64,000 nucleotides of DNA from a virus, in IMG/VR virus record IMGVR_UViG_3300027969_000001, positions 1 to 64,000 of that record. One strand, 5' to 3'. The position numbers and the translations under genes were made by a program. Positions 35,719 through 45,662 of this stretch are shown piece after piece. Numbering within the stretch: position 1 is the stretch's first letter; every line of letters begins with the position of its first letter. Under the pieces are notes generated by a model. The model was not told the origin of the DNA, ran no database searches, and was given only the letters and a program-made list of their open reading frames with translations.

Positions 35719-36161
35719 ATAAGTCATCACAGGATATATAATTAACTCATGCCAACAAAAAGCCAAAAACTAGCCGCAACAGCATCCTTCATCATCTCCT
35801 TGCCTATCGTTATTGGCTTGATTGTCCTAATTCGCTCCATGCGTGAGCACTTCAGGAAAATACGAGAAGGATACCGCTGGGAATAATCCCACGACCTTTG
35901 ACCCAACTATCTCCATATCTGGGTAGATAGATAAAGAAACGCCTTTTTAACCCATCCACGTGTAAGAAAAGTCCGTGTAATCACCATAGGTGTCTAACTC
36001 TTCTATGTAGGAGTAAACAAACTCTAGGGAGTAGTAGAAACACCTACCCTTTTTCTGCTCTGCGGGCATTGTCACAGAATCCACTTAACACCCCCCTGTG
36101 AGTACGAGTGTACTAATAATTGTGTAGTACTTAAAAATAAGCTTTTACACAAGGACACATA

Positions 36162-36512
36162 GTGGAATCAGACAACAAAAAGACCCAACAAAAATTACCC
36201 AATAAAAATACCTTACCTGTAGAAAGTCTAGCTATACCTAAAAAAGCTTGGTTTGGAATGGCAGCCTGTAAAGGAAAGACCGAACTAATGTTCCCCAAAC
36301 AACATAAGGACATTACTTATATCGCTCAGGCGAGAGCATTGTGCAGAACATGCCCAGTGATAGATAACTGTTTGGAGTACGCACTAGAGTTCCCGCCAGC
36401 TGATATGCACGGAGTATGGGCAGGACTCACATCAAGACAACTAGCCGCAGAACAAAGAAGGCGCAAGATAAAACCAATACGCCCAACACTCGCACAAATG
36501 TGGGGTAACTAA
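36162..36512 (+). CDS. whiB: WhiB-family transcription factor
   Basis: C...C-x2-C-x5-C cysteines and GVWAGLT..Q turn. Confidence 0.9.
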   Translation: MESDNKKTQQKLPNKNTLPVESLAIPKKAWFGMAACKGKTELMFPKQHKDITYIAQARALCRTCPVIDNCLEYALEFPPADMHGVWAGLTSRQLAAEQRRRKIKPIRPTLAQMWGN

Positions 36513-36792
36513 CTTATGGTCACTTTTATCATGCTGGGAATTATTTACGCTTTCATCCTATGGTGGAGTTCCTACTAGAAGAGAAAGGGCTGGGCCGGAA
36601 GTCCGTTAGCAATCGCGCCTTTTTGTGTGGTTTGAGCATCCACCGACCCAGCAAGAGAAACTTTATCGCCGGCCATAAACAAAAGCAACACCCGTATAGC
36701 TTTCCACCCGCAAAAGGAATAAACGCAAAAAACCTCCGGAAGCTTGCGAATTTGCTCTTTTTTTCTTTTTTGAGAAAATTTGTCAGTATTAA

Positions 36793-37137
36793 CTACAAAA
36801 TCCTCAAATTACAGGTCGTACAGTATTGCATTTCATTTAATAGTGTTAATTTTTGGACGCATTCTTTTTGTCCGCAGGGTTTTAGTATCTGTTCGCCCCT
36901 GATGTAGGCAAGAACTGTCTCTTCGACTGTTGGTATTGAGAACTGTGGGGTGCCGGCGTCCGGTATTCCCTTCTCGTTCTGAATGAATTGCCACACGGCA
37001 TACAGCACTACTTCGTTTACCGAGTAGCCCTTTGCGCGCGCATAGTCAACTATCTCATTTTTTTGTTTGCCTTTTAGGCGTATTTGTATAGTGACGTACC
37101 TATCGGGGAATTTAGTCTTTTCAGACTTACGCCCCAT
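36793..37137 (-). CDS. Ribbon-helix-helix-like protein with C-terminal Zn motif
   Basis: VTIQIRL...YARAKGYSVNEVV; CGQKEC..YCTTC. Confidence 0.55.
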   Translation of the reverse strand: MGRKSEKTKFPDRYVTIQIRLKGKQKNEIVDYARAKGYSVNEVVLYAVWQFIQNEKGIPDAGTPQFSIPTVEETVLAYIRGEQILKPCGQKECVQKLTLLNEMQYCTTCNLRIL

Positions 37138-37294
37138 CGCGTTCTACCAATGATTGCAAGTAAGCGGTGAGCGTCAGGTCTACAGCAGATGATTGGTTTA
37201 TGAGCTTTTCTTTAAACTCTTTTGTAACGCGCAGCGTGAGTGTTACTACTGGTTTAGTAGGAATGGTTACTGGACGGCCAGGATTTCTCTTCAT
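37127..37294 (-). CDS. Ribbon-helix-helix protein
   Basis: GRP...VTLTLRVTKEFKEKL...LTLTAYL. Confidence 0.6.
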   Translation of the reverse strand: MKRNPGRPVTIPTKPVVTLTLRVTKEFKEKLINQSSAVDLTLTAYLQSLVERDGA

Positions 37295-37472
37295 GCAAGA
37301 GAATTTACTGCAATACGAACGTCCTGATTGCAACAACGATAAGCAATACGGTTATTAGCTTTGTTGCGAACTTCTGACTGGAGTACATTGTCGACCAGAT
37401 GAGGGCACTAGAACAAAATAAAATTAGGACTTTTAAAAAGGGTAACATTAATAACCTCACTATTGTTGGGAA

Positions 37473-37964
37473 CTATTGTTCCTCTATTAGAGGGACCGCA
37501 TATCTTGCGATATCCATCTCTGACACTATCCTAGTGTAGGTCCGGCAGAAGGCTTCCCTGTCTGAGTTGGTGTGCATGCCGATTGCAGCATCCCCTAATT
37601 GTTTGACAGTTTCTTTCAGTGCTTCTGATACCCCAATAGAAGGAGCCATACCTGAGTTGACGTCTTTTTGTATGGTAATCCAAGTACCCCAAGCAGAAAG
37701 GGGGTCTTCGAATTGGGTCATTTTTGTGACCCTATTTATTGCGGTGCGGCGTATCTCTCCTGGGCGGGGGAGGAACTGCGCTTCTACAGCCAGAGTAAGG
37801 AATGCTGCCTTCGCATCCTTGTAATCCAAATCGTGCAACAAGTCGAACCAAGATGCATAAAGCAACTTAGTTGGTGCGGGTCCTACAGGGAGAGGGACAT
37901 TAAAGGTCATGTAGGCCTGGTCCACTAGTGAGCACAGCTCTTCTTTGGTCATTCGTTTATCCAT
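37473..37964 (-). CDS. Helicase loader/inhibitor (G39P-like)
   Basis: WFDLLHDLDYKDAKAA....QFLPRPGEIR pattern; next to initiator-like gene. Confidence 0.55.
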   Translation of the reverse strand: MDKRMTKEELCSLVDQAYMTFNVPLPVGPAPTKLLYASWFDLLHDLDYKDAKAAFLTLAVEAQFLPRPGEIRRTAINRVTKMTQFEDPLSAWGTWITIQKDVNSGMAPSIGVSEALKETVKQLGDAAIGMHTNSDREAFCRTYTRIVSEMDIARYAVPLIEEQ

Positions 37965-38332
37965 TCGTCTTTAGCTGAGGTTTCGCTCTGCTTGTCATGC
38001 AGCTCGAGGAACTTCTCTACATTGCCGGCGTTTCTGAATATGACTGACACATCGTTATAGGCCTGGCCCCTATTATTCTGGCCCATCCACCACGGGTCAT
38101 TGGCACAGCCGTCTATGGCATCCCTACAGGCTTCTACTCCATATACAGCAATTGCCCACCCGATATCTCTGTGGCGGTTTACATCGAGAGCAGCGCGGCG
38201 TTTGGTCTTGCCCATAGCTACCTTCCAGTACTCAAAGATTTCTTCTATTAGAACATTGGAGACAGTTTTGGCTAGGTCTCCCTTACTCCTATTGTGAGCG
38301 CTGGGACCTCTTACTTTTTTATCATCTACCAT
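37949..38332 (-). CDS. Replication initiator C-terminal-like protein
   Basis: IFEYW, YGVEACRDAIDG..DPWWMG..IFR..NVEKF. Confidence 0.5.
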   Translation of the reverse strand: MVDDKKVRGPSAHNRSKGDLAKTVSNVLIEEIFEYWKVAMGKTKRRAALDVNRHRDIGWAIAVYGVEACRDAIDGCANDPWWMGQNNRGQAYNDVSVIFRNAGNVEKFLELHDKQSETSAKDEWINE

Positions 38333-38627
38333 TTTATGAATCTATCCCTTAATTTGTGATTACACACAGAGTTCTCCTTAAGCCTGATGGAGAAGGCTAC
38401 GGTTTTGACGTTGGCTTCTTTTCCGTGGACGGAAGATGTTTCGCCTAGTGAAGGACGGTCGCTGCGCTCCCTTTTGGAGGGGGGTGTGGGGGGAACCTTT
38501 AGATTTGCTCCAGCGCCCACGCATGCTAATGCCCACCGAGTTGATTGGGTGGTACAAAGATGCTAAGAAGTGACATATGCCTATGTCATGTGAATCACAT
38601 TCAAGCTCTATTGAACTTGCGGAGGTG

Positions 38628-38656
38628 ATGGTAGCAGCATCATCCACCACCGTCAA
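38628..38656 (-). promoter_or_regulatory. SigA-type promoter overlapping motif D
   Basis: Minus strand TTGACG-17 nt-TACCAT upstream of replication genes. Confidence 0.55.
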
Positions 38657-38890
38657 CCCCTAACGCGAGGAATCTTTTAAAAGCCGGCGAAATATTTTTT
38701 GTTGACGTGTTCGTGTCACGGTTCGGATAAGTCTTGACGCGCGCTCGAGCCGTTATGCTGCTAAATTGGCCGGGGCTTCTACGGGAGGGTTTACCCCTTT
38801 CGACCTCCTATGGAAGTAGGACCCTGGAGTTGAGTTTTCTGGAACGTTGGTAGGTGGCTTACCGGAAAACTCCTCCGGGGTTTCCCATCT

Positions 38891-39247
38891 CTACTCGTAG
38901 ACGTCCCAGTCAGGCCAGAACGGTCTGTTCTTTTTGTCTTTTATTTCCTTGGCGCGGCGGAATGCTGCCTTGCCCATGGATTCTTTATCGAAGTACGACC
39001 AATTGGGGTTGCCCATCATTTGTACATTGAGGGTTGACCTGAGGTCTTTGTCCATATGCTTGTGACCGTACTCATGATTCAACATCTCTTGAAGCTCTTC
39101 GTCTACCAGAGACGTCTGGGCCTCAACATATTTATTGAATTCTTTTGAGTACTTCTTCTGGGTCCTACGACGTTCGACAGATTTTGAGTCAAAAAACCAA
39201 ATAATTAGCGCAGCGATGGCCGCAGCTGTAATAGTGAATTGTTTCAT
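38891..39247 (-). CDS. Hypothetical membrane-anchored protein
   Basis: N-terminal TM, AGGAG RBS. Confidence 0.55.
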   Translation of the reverse strand: MKQFTITAAAIAALIIWFFDSKSVERRRTQKKYSKEFNKYVEAQTSLVDEELQEMLNHEYGHKHMDKDLRSTLNVQMMGNPNWSYFDKESMGKAAFRRAKEIKDKKNRPFWPDWDVYE

Positions 39248-39255
39248 TTTTTCTC

Positions 39256-39495
39256 CTAAAATTGAGAATCTTGAGGGAAGTGTACTTCATCCCCAGTTAG
39301 CGGGTCGGTAAACAGAATTAAAACGTCATTTTTTGCAATATCAATCTGGGCCCAACCCAGCATCTTGTCAATAATCGCATTTTTTGTAATTTCTTCGCCG
39401 GCCGCAGCTAGCTCAGCTCGAGCTTCCGCCGCGGAATAATGCAAATTAAATGAAATTCCAACAATATCTGGGAGACCGTCGCGGTACGTGCTCAT
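39256..39495 (-). CDS. Hypothetical protein
   Basis: Coupled ORF. Confidence 0.55.
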   Translation of the reverse strand: MSTYRDGLPDIVGISFNLHYSAAEARAELAAAGEEITKNAIIDKMLGWAQIDIAKNDVLILFTDPLTGDEVHFPQDSQF

Positions 39496-39731
39496 CGTTT
39501 GAAGAATTCTTCGTTTTTCTTCATGATTTCTGGAGCTGCGCGGCCAGCAATTTCGAAGGTTTCATAATGGACGATGTCCCCGCATAGATAACATAGGTAG
39601 TAGTCGTCCCAGTCCTTGGGTGTTGGCTCTACTAGTTCTCCATCTTTTGTACATGGGTAGAACCCGTCACTGTCTGGGCGGTTGCCGCATGTGCATTCCC
39701 ACCAGTCTTCTGCTAATTGTTTAATAGTCAT
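39492..39731 (-). CDS. Small Zn-ribbon protein
   Basis: WECTCGN...GFYPC...YLCYLCG. Confidence 0.6.
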   Translation of the reverse strand: MTIKQLAEDWWECTCGNRPDSDGFYPCTKDGELVEPTPKDWDDYYLCYLCGDIVHYETFEIAGRAAPEIMKKNEEFFKR

Positions 39732-39996
39732 AGCGGACCCTTTCTAATTGATGCACGTATAACGCGTGCGCGTTTAAATTTATCTAAAGTCTACAAGAAT
39801 TTAGTGAAGTTTCTTTTTCTTTTTTTTCTTAATTTTGTAGCCGGCGCGCTCGAGCTCTTCGATTACGTGCTGCGGGATTCCTTCCCAGATTGGGATTCCC
39901 TTTTGAGTTAAGGCACGAGCAATCGCTGCGCGCTTTGGTCCTAGTTGACTAATGTCTTGCATCATCCACCACCGTCATTCGTTAACGTGAGAAAAC

Positions 39997-40674
39997 TCAC
40001 TTGATATCCAATAAAAACCAGCCGCGCTCCCACATCATACCGATGGCTGAGTAACCAATGATATCGACATACGTGTCAGTAAGTGCTTCGTTCTGGGGGT
40101 TGTTGCTTGAGAGATGTAAATTCCTCAAGCGCGCTAGCTTGTCATGAGTCCTGATAATTAATCCGATTCTTCCAAAGCGTGCGATGTTGTTATGCCCGTA
40201 ATCCATTTGCTTACGAATCAAGGTTTCTGTAATTTGCTCGCGAATCATCCAGGAGTCAAATTCGCCGGCCGCTGCGGGATTGTCAATTTTTTCAAATTCT
40301 GGATGATTATCCAGTGGCCCTGGAGCTCCCAGTAATGGCAATAATTCTCCATTTTTTATCCCCGCCGCTGCCGCGGTGATGCCAAGGATTTTCCACTCTT
40401 CTGTCCAATACATCTGGTCTGAGTCAAAACATTTAGAATTATTCACCATTCCTTCAAACTGAACATCCAGGCGATGAAGGCCTTCCAGAACAGCTTCCAG
40501 GCATGGGTCAATTTCTTGATTTTTTGAACTGTCAACTCGAGCTACGTGCGGTTGGGAGTTCATTTGGTCGAGGGACTTATCTATTAAGTCGAATATTTGA
40601 GAAACACAGATTTTGGCAGCATCTTGCCAACGTTCTGGCTGACCAGGATTCAGTTCATCCACCACCGTCAACAT
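39997..40674 (-). CDS. Nucleotide-modification-associated domain 1 (DUF1599-like) protein
   Basis: KQMDYG..N....G..IRTHDKLARL.NL....NEALTDTYVDIIGYS. Confidence 0.75.
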   Translation of the reverse strand: MLTVVDELNPGQPERWQDAAKICVSQIFDLIDKSLDQMNSQPHVARVDSSKNQEIDPCLEAVLEGLHRLDVQFEGMVNNSKCFDSDQMYWTEEWKILGITAAAAGIKNGELLPLLGAPGPLDNHPEFEKIDNPAAAGEFDSWMIREQITETLIRKQMDYGHNNIARFGRIGLIIRTHDKLARLRNLHLSSNNPQNEALTDTYVDIIGYSAIGMMWERGWFLLDIK

Positions 40675-41157
40675 CTAATTACCCCCACTAAGTAAGTCTT
40701 CCCACTTTTCGGGCGGGTTCGTGTCCATCTCTACCTTAACGGCGAGTGCCATCTTTTCCAACTTCGCCAACCATGCTGCGTCCGCGATACCAGTGAGCCC
40801 CGCTCCCTCTTCTATCGAATCGACATTTGATATCTCTGATTGTATATATTCTTTAGAAAAAGCTGCGATGATGCTTTTGTCTGTTGCCCCTCGCAGCAGA
40901 ACTGGTCCAGTTTCTCCATTTATTGATTTTTGGGGAACGTGTATGGCCGTCACGACGTAGTCCCCCTCCGTGAAAATAAAGATAATATTATGCTTTTCCC
41001 CAGAGGCCTCTCTGAGCTGGGAAATTACTTCATGAGCAACATCCACATCCATAGATGCATCTGTCAAAATTTTCAATAATTCAGCATTATCGTCTCGAGC
41101 TCCAGGGACATTTAGTTTGTCGATGGCATTCCATTTACTATTTTGCTTTTCTTCCAT
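40675..41157 (-). CDS. Hypothetical protein
   Basis: 160 aa, AAAGG RBS. Confidence 0.55.
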   Translation of the reverse strand: MEEKQNSKWNAIDKLNVPGARDDNAELLKILTDASMDVDVAHEVISQLREASGEKHNIIFIFTEGDYVVTAIHVPQKSINGETGPVLLRGATDKSIIAAFSKEYIQSEISNVDSIEEGAGLTGIADAAWLAKLEKMALAVKVEMDTNPPEKWEDLLSGGN

Positions 41158-41235
41158 GGTTACCTTTCTAAGGGCCCGATAGTTATGTTTAAAAAAACGA
41201 TTTTTTTAGGCACGCAGCGGCTGCTACGTAGCGCG

Positions 41236-41502
41236 TTACTTTTTAAGATTTGAGATTTTTATAGCGTCTACTGCAGCTTCATAAATGACTGACCAGTAAA
41301 TTTCCCAAAGCCTTGGGTCGTTCATGCATAAATTTGTCACTAAATTCAAGGTCTCTTCTTCAGCTTCCAGGAGAAACTCTCGAATATTTGTCGAATTTTC
41401 AATATCAAGCTGCTCAAGAATAAGACTCTCACGAGCTTCTTCTACAAGAGACATTGGGTCAAAAGGAAGTGCGGTGAACACGTACGGGTCGAGGTCGCTC
41501 AT
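41236..41502 (-). CDS. Hypothetical protein
   Basis: Start moved to MSDLD (AAGGA RBS). Confidence 0.5.
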   Translation of the reverse strand: MSDLDPYVFTALPFDPMSLVEEARESLILEQLDIENSTNIREFLLEAEEETLNLVTNLCMNDPRLWEIYWSVIYEAAVDAIKISNLKK

Positions 41503-41504
41503 AT

Positions 41505-41729
41505 TTATCCTTTTTCTTGCATGTTCTGGCTGAGCTCGTAAAGAGCCCCCCAATATTTAAACGTTTTTTCTTGCTCGGCAGCGGAGTCGAATTCCAGCCT
41601 GAGGTCTTCGTATTGTTGAGCCCCAGTTTCCACACTGACGGTTACGAAGTAGGAGGGGTCTCGACTAGAGGTACGTTCGGTGGATTTCTTGACACTACTG
41701 ATTCTGCCAGCTTTCATGAGACTCCTCAT
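41505..41729 (-). CDS. Hypothetical protein
   Basis: 74 aa ORF. Confidence 0.45.
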   Translation of the reverse strand: MRSLMKAGRISSVKKSTERTSSRDPSYFVTVSVETGAQQYEDLRLEFDSAAEQEKTFKYWGALYELSQNMQEKG

Positions 41730-41846
41730 TCGTTATGTAATAAATCTATCCGCCACCGCAGCTTTTGTCAACCCCACTAATAAATAACTTTGGATAAATG
41801 ATTAAGGTGACATTTCTTTACAGCGAACATATGTTCGTACTAGGAT

Positions 41847-42227
41847 GTGTTCATGGATAACCTCACAAAATTCAATATTTATACAGGAGCTCTCGAGCAG
41901 TACATTTCCCGAGAAGGGGATTCTCGAATTCCGGCAATTCATATCGAAAAATTTCAAGAAAATGATATTTCCCTAGGGGCATGGTCCGGATATATTCGTC
42001 AGAGATATCGTAAAAATCAACTCCATCCAGAACGTGTTTCAAAAATGCAAGAAATTGCTGGCTGGCAGTGGGGTCCATTTCAGCCGGGTCCTGCGACGGA
42101 CATCAAAAGAAATGAAATTATTAAAGAAATGCGTATCGAGGGAAAGTCCCTTCGGGAAATCGCCGATGAGTTTGATTTGTCTCGGCAGCGGGTTCATCAA
42201 ATAGTTAAGAAACTTAAAATCGATTAA
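41847..42227 (+). CDS. Helicase-associated (HA) domain fused to sigma70-r4-like HTH
   Basis: LGAW...IRQRYRKNQL..ERV....GWQW then GKSLREIADEFDLSRQRVHQI. Confidence 0.7.
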   Translation: MFMDNLTKFNIYTGALEQYISREGDSRIPAIHIEKFQENDISLGAWSGYIRQRYRKNQLHPERVSKMQEIAGWQWGPFQPGPATDIKRNEIIKEMRIEGKSLREIADEFDLSRQRVHQIVKKLKID

Positions 42228-42275
42228 TAATAAAAGTCATCCACCACCGTCATTCACTAACGTGAGGGAGAGAAC

Positions 42276-42560
42276 ATGAATCTCAGAAAAAACGAAAAAT
42301 TAAACGGGGGCGCAGCGTACCCGAGAGTAATCCGAGACGATTTTCGCGGGGCTCCTATCAAGCCGAAGGAGTCAGAATCAAGCGGGGCTCTCTTGGGATT
42401 TTTGGTGGCGAGCGCAATCAACACTTTGGTCATTGACGGTGCGCTACACATCTTGCGCTCTGCTGGCGTGACAGAGGTGAGCCTGTCACTGTGGCAGACG
42501 CTCGGCTTGTCATCACTTCTCATGGTGTGGCGTGGCGTAGAGAGAGCCATGCGCCAGTAG
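42276..42560 (+). CDS. Small membrane protein
   Basis: GGGAG RBS, two hydrophobic segments; overlaps a competing minus-strand ORF. Confidence 0.45.
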   Translation: MNLRKNEKLNGGAAYPRVIRDDFRGAPIKPKESESSGALLGFLVASAINTLVIDGALHILRSAGVTEVSLSLWQTLGLSSLLMVWRGVERAMRQ

Positions 42561-42705
42561 CGATAGCGAGCGATTGACTTATCTATCACTGTACGGCTCT
42601 GTGTGAGCGTCACGGTAACGAGTTGAGTGAGAATGAGTAGTAGTGACAGAGCGAGCGTGTACGGCTCTGTGAGTAGCGCAAGAATGAATAGCAGAATCTC
42701 CATGA

Positions 42706-42909
42706 CTACTGTCTATCAGCAAGTTCAGCAAGAACGGACATAATGTTATTGCCTTCATTCCACATCAGATTATCGTAGTCCTCGTACGCTTTCTGTGGCG
42801 TGTATGTGCCTGCGATTATCTCGTCTTGTATTGCAGAGTAGTATCTAATTGCGCTCGTAAGACTCGCCTGCAAGTCTGTTAGTAATTCTGATTCAGATGG
42901 CTCGGTCAT
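42706..42909 (-). CDS. Hypothetical protein
   Basis: AAGGA RBS, 67 aa. Confidence 0.55.
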   Translation of the reverse strand: MTEPSESELLTDLQASLTSAIRYYSAIQDEIIAGTYTPQKAYEDYDNLMWNEGNNIMSVLAELADRQ

Positions 42910-43097
42910 AAAAAATCCTTTTTTTGATTAGTAATAGATAAGTGTCAGATGTGGTACATGAATAGATAAGTGAAACGCCAATGTCTCTCGGCAATGTGTA
43001 GTACCCACCAAAGGAGAAACACGATTACCGAGAGACACTAGCACCAGTGCCTCTGTTGGGAACAACCAAGAAACCAACAGAGGCAGGGACTTATCTA

Positions 43098-44645
43098 TTA
43101 CTGAATGTTCACGCCCATGTGCTGACGATAAGTGTGAACGAACATTGACGGATACACGCTCTTTGGCTTTATGCCTTTGTTCATGTTGGACAGTTGCTCA
43201 ATCGCTTCCTCAATGTGTGGCACAACAATGTAGTTGTGTTTCATTGCGTAAGTTAGGCACTGCATAGCGAGCAGGTCTGTGTAACCATCACCTTCGCCAC
43301 ACACTCCACCGTCTGTAATCCAAACGAGAGGAGTGTTGCGATACTGGCGATTCTCTACGCCCCACACGATTGCAGGATAATCAACACCGTTTCCGTGTCC
43401 GTAAGGAATGTTCTCCAATGTCTCAATCATTCGTCCCTTATCAGCGATAATCCACATGTTCGCACCGTTCTTTTTGTGACGGTCTGAATAGATTGCCACC
43501 GTTGCGCCTTTTGCCAAATCTGTAATCTGCCAAATCTGCTCTTTGGTGAATGACATAGAACCACTTGCGTCAATGATGACCATGCCACCACTGCCACGAA
43601 CGGTCTTGTCAAATACTCGCTTTGCAGGGTCAGTCATGTAACGGTGCATACGGCGTGGTCTGCGCCCCATGTTCGTAGCAACACGCTTCTTGCCGATTGT
43701 GCCAGCGTGTAAGCGTGGCATAGGAACACGCTCAATGCGTAGTTCTGCCCACTTGCCAGTGCCACTGTGTGATGTTGGGGTAATGCTCTGATGAGGAATA
43801 CCTTTCTTGTCACCTTCCTCTGAATCGCCTTCGTTGGAATGGACTGCCGTAGCAGGGTCTTTCTCGCCTTCTTCGCCTTCGCCTGACTTATCTATTCCCT
43901 TTGCACCTGCACCAGCCTTGCCTTCTTTCTCACGCTCTTTTGGTGGTGGGAATGAAGCGAGCCTGTCCACCCATTCTGCGATTCTTTCTGTGTGAACGAA
44001 TCCGTATGGCGCAATGCCGTGATGTTCTGTTGTGTTGGCGAGAGAGCGTGTCTTGTGCGCTTTCTTCATCTCACGGACTGCTCGCTTGCTGATGTCAAGC
44101 AGAGCGTCACCCCATGCACGATTGTGCCTGCGAATACCGTTCAGGAATTGCTTGTGTCCAGCAGTGCCAGCAGTTGCGATTGCACCTGTTACTGCACCAG
44201 CCCAATCTCCAGTTTTCGCTAGGCGTTCTCCGTCATTGAGTTCTCCACCGTCAGCGAGATTCTTCTTCACATCAAATCCTGCCTCTTGGCAAAGAATGTT
44301 TATGCGTAATTCCTCTACAACGGTCAGTGCAGTAGCAGAAGCCATTTCACGAGCAACCCACATCTCAAATTGTTCAGAGTTTGGTGAAACTTTTGAGTGC
44401 ATGAGTTCATGCCCACGAATACAGCGAGCGAGTTCGTCCGTCTGTGACGGTGTGAACATTGTGCGAGTATTCAGGTCAGTGCTTGGCTCGCCTCTGACTG
44501 CTTGACATTCTTCTACTGTCCATCGTCCATGCGCTAAGTCTTTGCGCCCGATGAAGTTTGGCTCGGCTTTCGCCGTTCCCCCTGACTTATCTATTGACGA
44601 GGGGAACGGCTTACCAACGCTCTTTCGTGCTGGCTTGATACTCAT
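43098..44645 (-). CDS. VWA (MIDAS) domain protein, partner of AAA+ ATPase
   Basis: IDASGSM and WITDG MIDAS motifs; HELMH motif; acidic/Gly linker. Confidence 0.8.
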   Translation of the reverse strand: MSIKPARKSVGKPFPSSIDKSGGTAKAEPNFIGRKDLAHGRWTVEECQAVRGEPSTDLNTRTMFTPSQTDELARCIRGHELMHSKVSPNSEQFEMWVAREMASATALTVVEELRINILCQEAGFDVKKNLADGGELNDGERLAKTGDWAGAVTGAIATAGTAGHKQFLNGIRRHNRAWGDALLDISKRAVREMKKAHKTRSLANTTEHHGIAPYGFVHTERIAEWVDRLASFPPPKEREKEGKAGAGAKGIDKSGEGEEGEKDPATAVHSNEGDSEEGDKKGIPHQSITPTSHSGTGKWAELRIERVPMPRLHAGTIGKKRVATNMGRRPRRMHRYMTDPAKRVFDKTVRGSGGMVIIDASGSMSFTKEQIWQITDLAKGATVAIYSDRHKKNGANMWIIADKGRMIETLENIPYGHGNGVDYPAIVWGVENRQYRNTPLVWITDGGVCGEGDGYTDLLAMQCLTYAMKHNYIVVPHIEEAIEQLSNMNKGIKPKSVYPSMFVHTYRQHMGVNIQ

Positions 44646-44647
44646 GG

Positions 44648-45373
44648 TTAGACCACCGAATCAACTGCGATAGCGTCAAGAATCTGCTTTGCTCGCTTGC
44701 CGAATGTGAGTTGGCATGCTCGTTCCATGCCTACGCTCTTACGCAACTTGTCAAGAGCCATAAATGCTCGCAACGAGATACGGTCATCGCCAGCGTCAGC
44801 CATACGGATTGCGTATCCACGCAAATCCTTTGACAATGCGAGCAGAGCGTGTGGGTGTGGTTCGTTGATACGAATACGGATTGGGAAACGGTCAGCGAGT
44901 GCTGTTGGCAATTCGCCCATGTTCTCAATGTTCGTGGTCATAATTGCAGAGAAGCCTTCTTTGGGTCGGACTACCGAGCCAGTTTCAGGATGCTCAAATG
45001 AAGCAGATTCAGGTGAATCAAGCATGGCGAGAAGTGTTGCGAACACATCGCCACCAGCCTTGTCAATTTCGTCCACGATAAGTCGTGCGCCAACTGTGCC
45101 GTTGCCGTTCCATGCTTTGAGGGCAGAACCGTCAAGCCATTGGAAGCCACCGTTATTACTTGGCATGAAGCCACCAGTTACATCCATGTTTGTCATGTCC
45201 TCTGTGCAAACAAGACGGTATGCGCCTGCTTCCACATTGCCCATTGTCATACCTGCGTAGGTCTTGCCGATTCCAGCAGGTCCAAACAGGATTACTCGGT
45301 CAATGCCTGCATTGAGAGCGTCATTGAGGTCAGTCCAGCACTGAGGCAGGCTTTCCGTTGTTGTTGATTCCAT
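44648..45373 (-). CDS. MoxR/CbbQ/CobS-like AAA+ ATPase
   Basis: GPAGIGKT Walker A, IVDEIDK Walker B, ALADRF arginine finger. Confidence 0.9.
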   Translation of the reverse strand: MESTTTESLPQCWTDLNDALNAGIDRVILFGPAGIGKTYAGMTMGNVEAGAYRLVCTEDMTNMDVTGGFMPSNNGGFQWLDGSALKAWNGNGTVGARLIVDEIDKAGGDVFATLLAMLDSPESASFEHPETGSVVRPKEGFSAIMTTNIENMGELPTALADRFPIRIRINEPHPHALLALSKDLRGYAIRMADAGDDRISLRAFMALDKLRKSVGMERACQLTFGKRAKQILDAIAVDSVV

Positions 45374-45408
45374 CTCTATTCTCCTTGTTGTTGGTGAGTG
45401 GTGAACAC

Positions 45409-45435
45409 ACCATACCAGCGTAGGTACAGACCTAC
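45409..45435 (-). promoter_or_regulatory. Motif B promoter
   Basis: GTAGGTCTGTACCT-N7-TATGGT. Confidence 0.75.
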
Positions 45436-45547
45436 AAACCTGACTTATCTATTCAGTAGAGACTTATCTATTCAGTATCAGAAGCGCACCACTTATCTAT
45501 TCACTCTCCACTTGTGGGCAAGCGAGCGAGCGAGTGCGCCAGCGCAA

Positions 45548-45628
45548 ACTTTTTTATCTCTACCCCCATGCTCGCCACACGCCCTTCTGCGTTGGAGCCC
45601 CGATGTTGCCGAGCAGTGCCGGGGCTCC
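45548..45628. repeat. Element C1 (left arm + core, 17-nt spacer)
   Basis: GGAGCCCCG 45594, CGGGGCTCC 45620. Confidence 0.85.
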
Positions 45629-45662
45629 TATGGGAAAGGGGACTTATCTATTACAGATAGTT

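Noticed and set aside
38330-38890. Possible replication origin or ncRNA (hairpins, G-runs) upstream of initiator-like gene
   Set aside because: No iterons or recognisable RNA family identified by eye.
42257-42703. 148-aa minus-strand ORF
   Set aside because: Fully overlaps a plus-strand ORF with a better RBS; could be real (follows the upstream gene, contains IDKS) but cannot be resolved.
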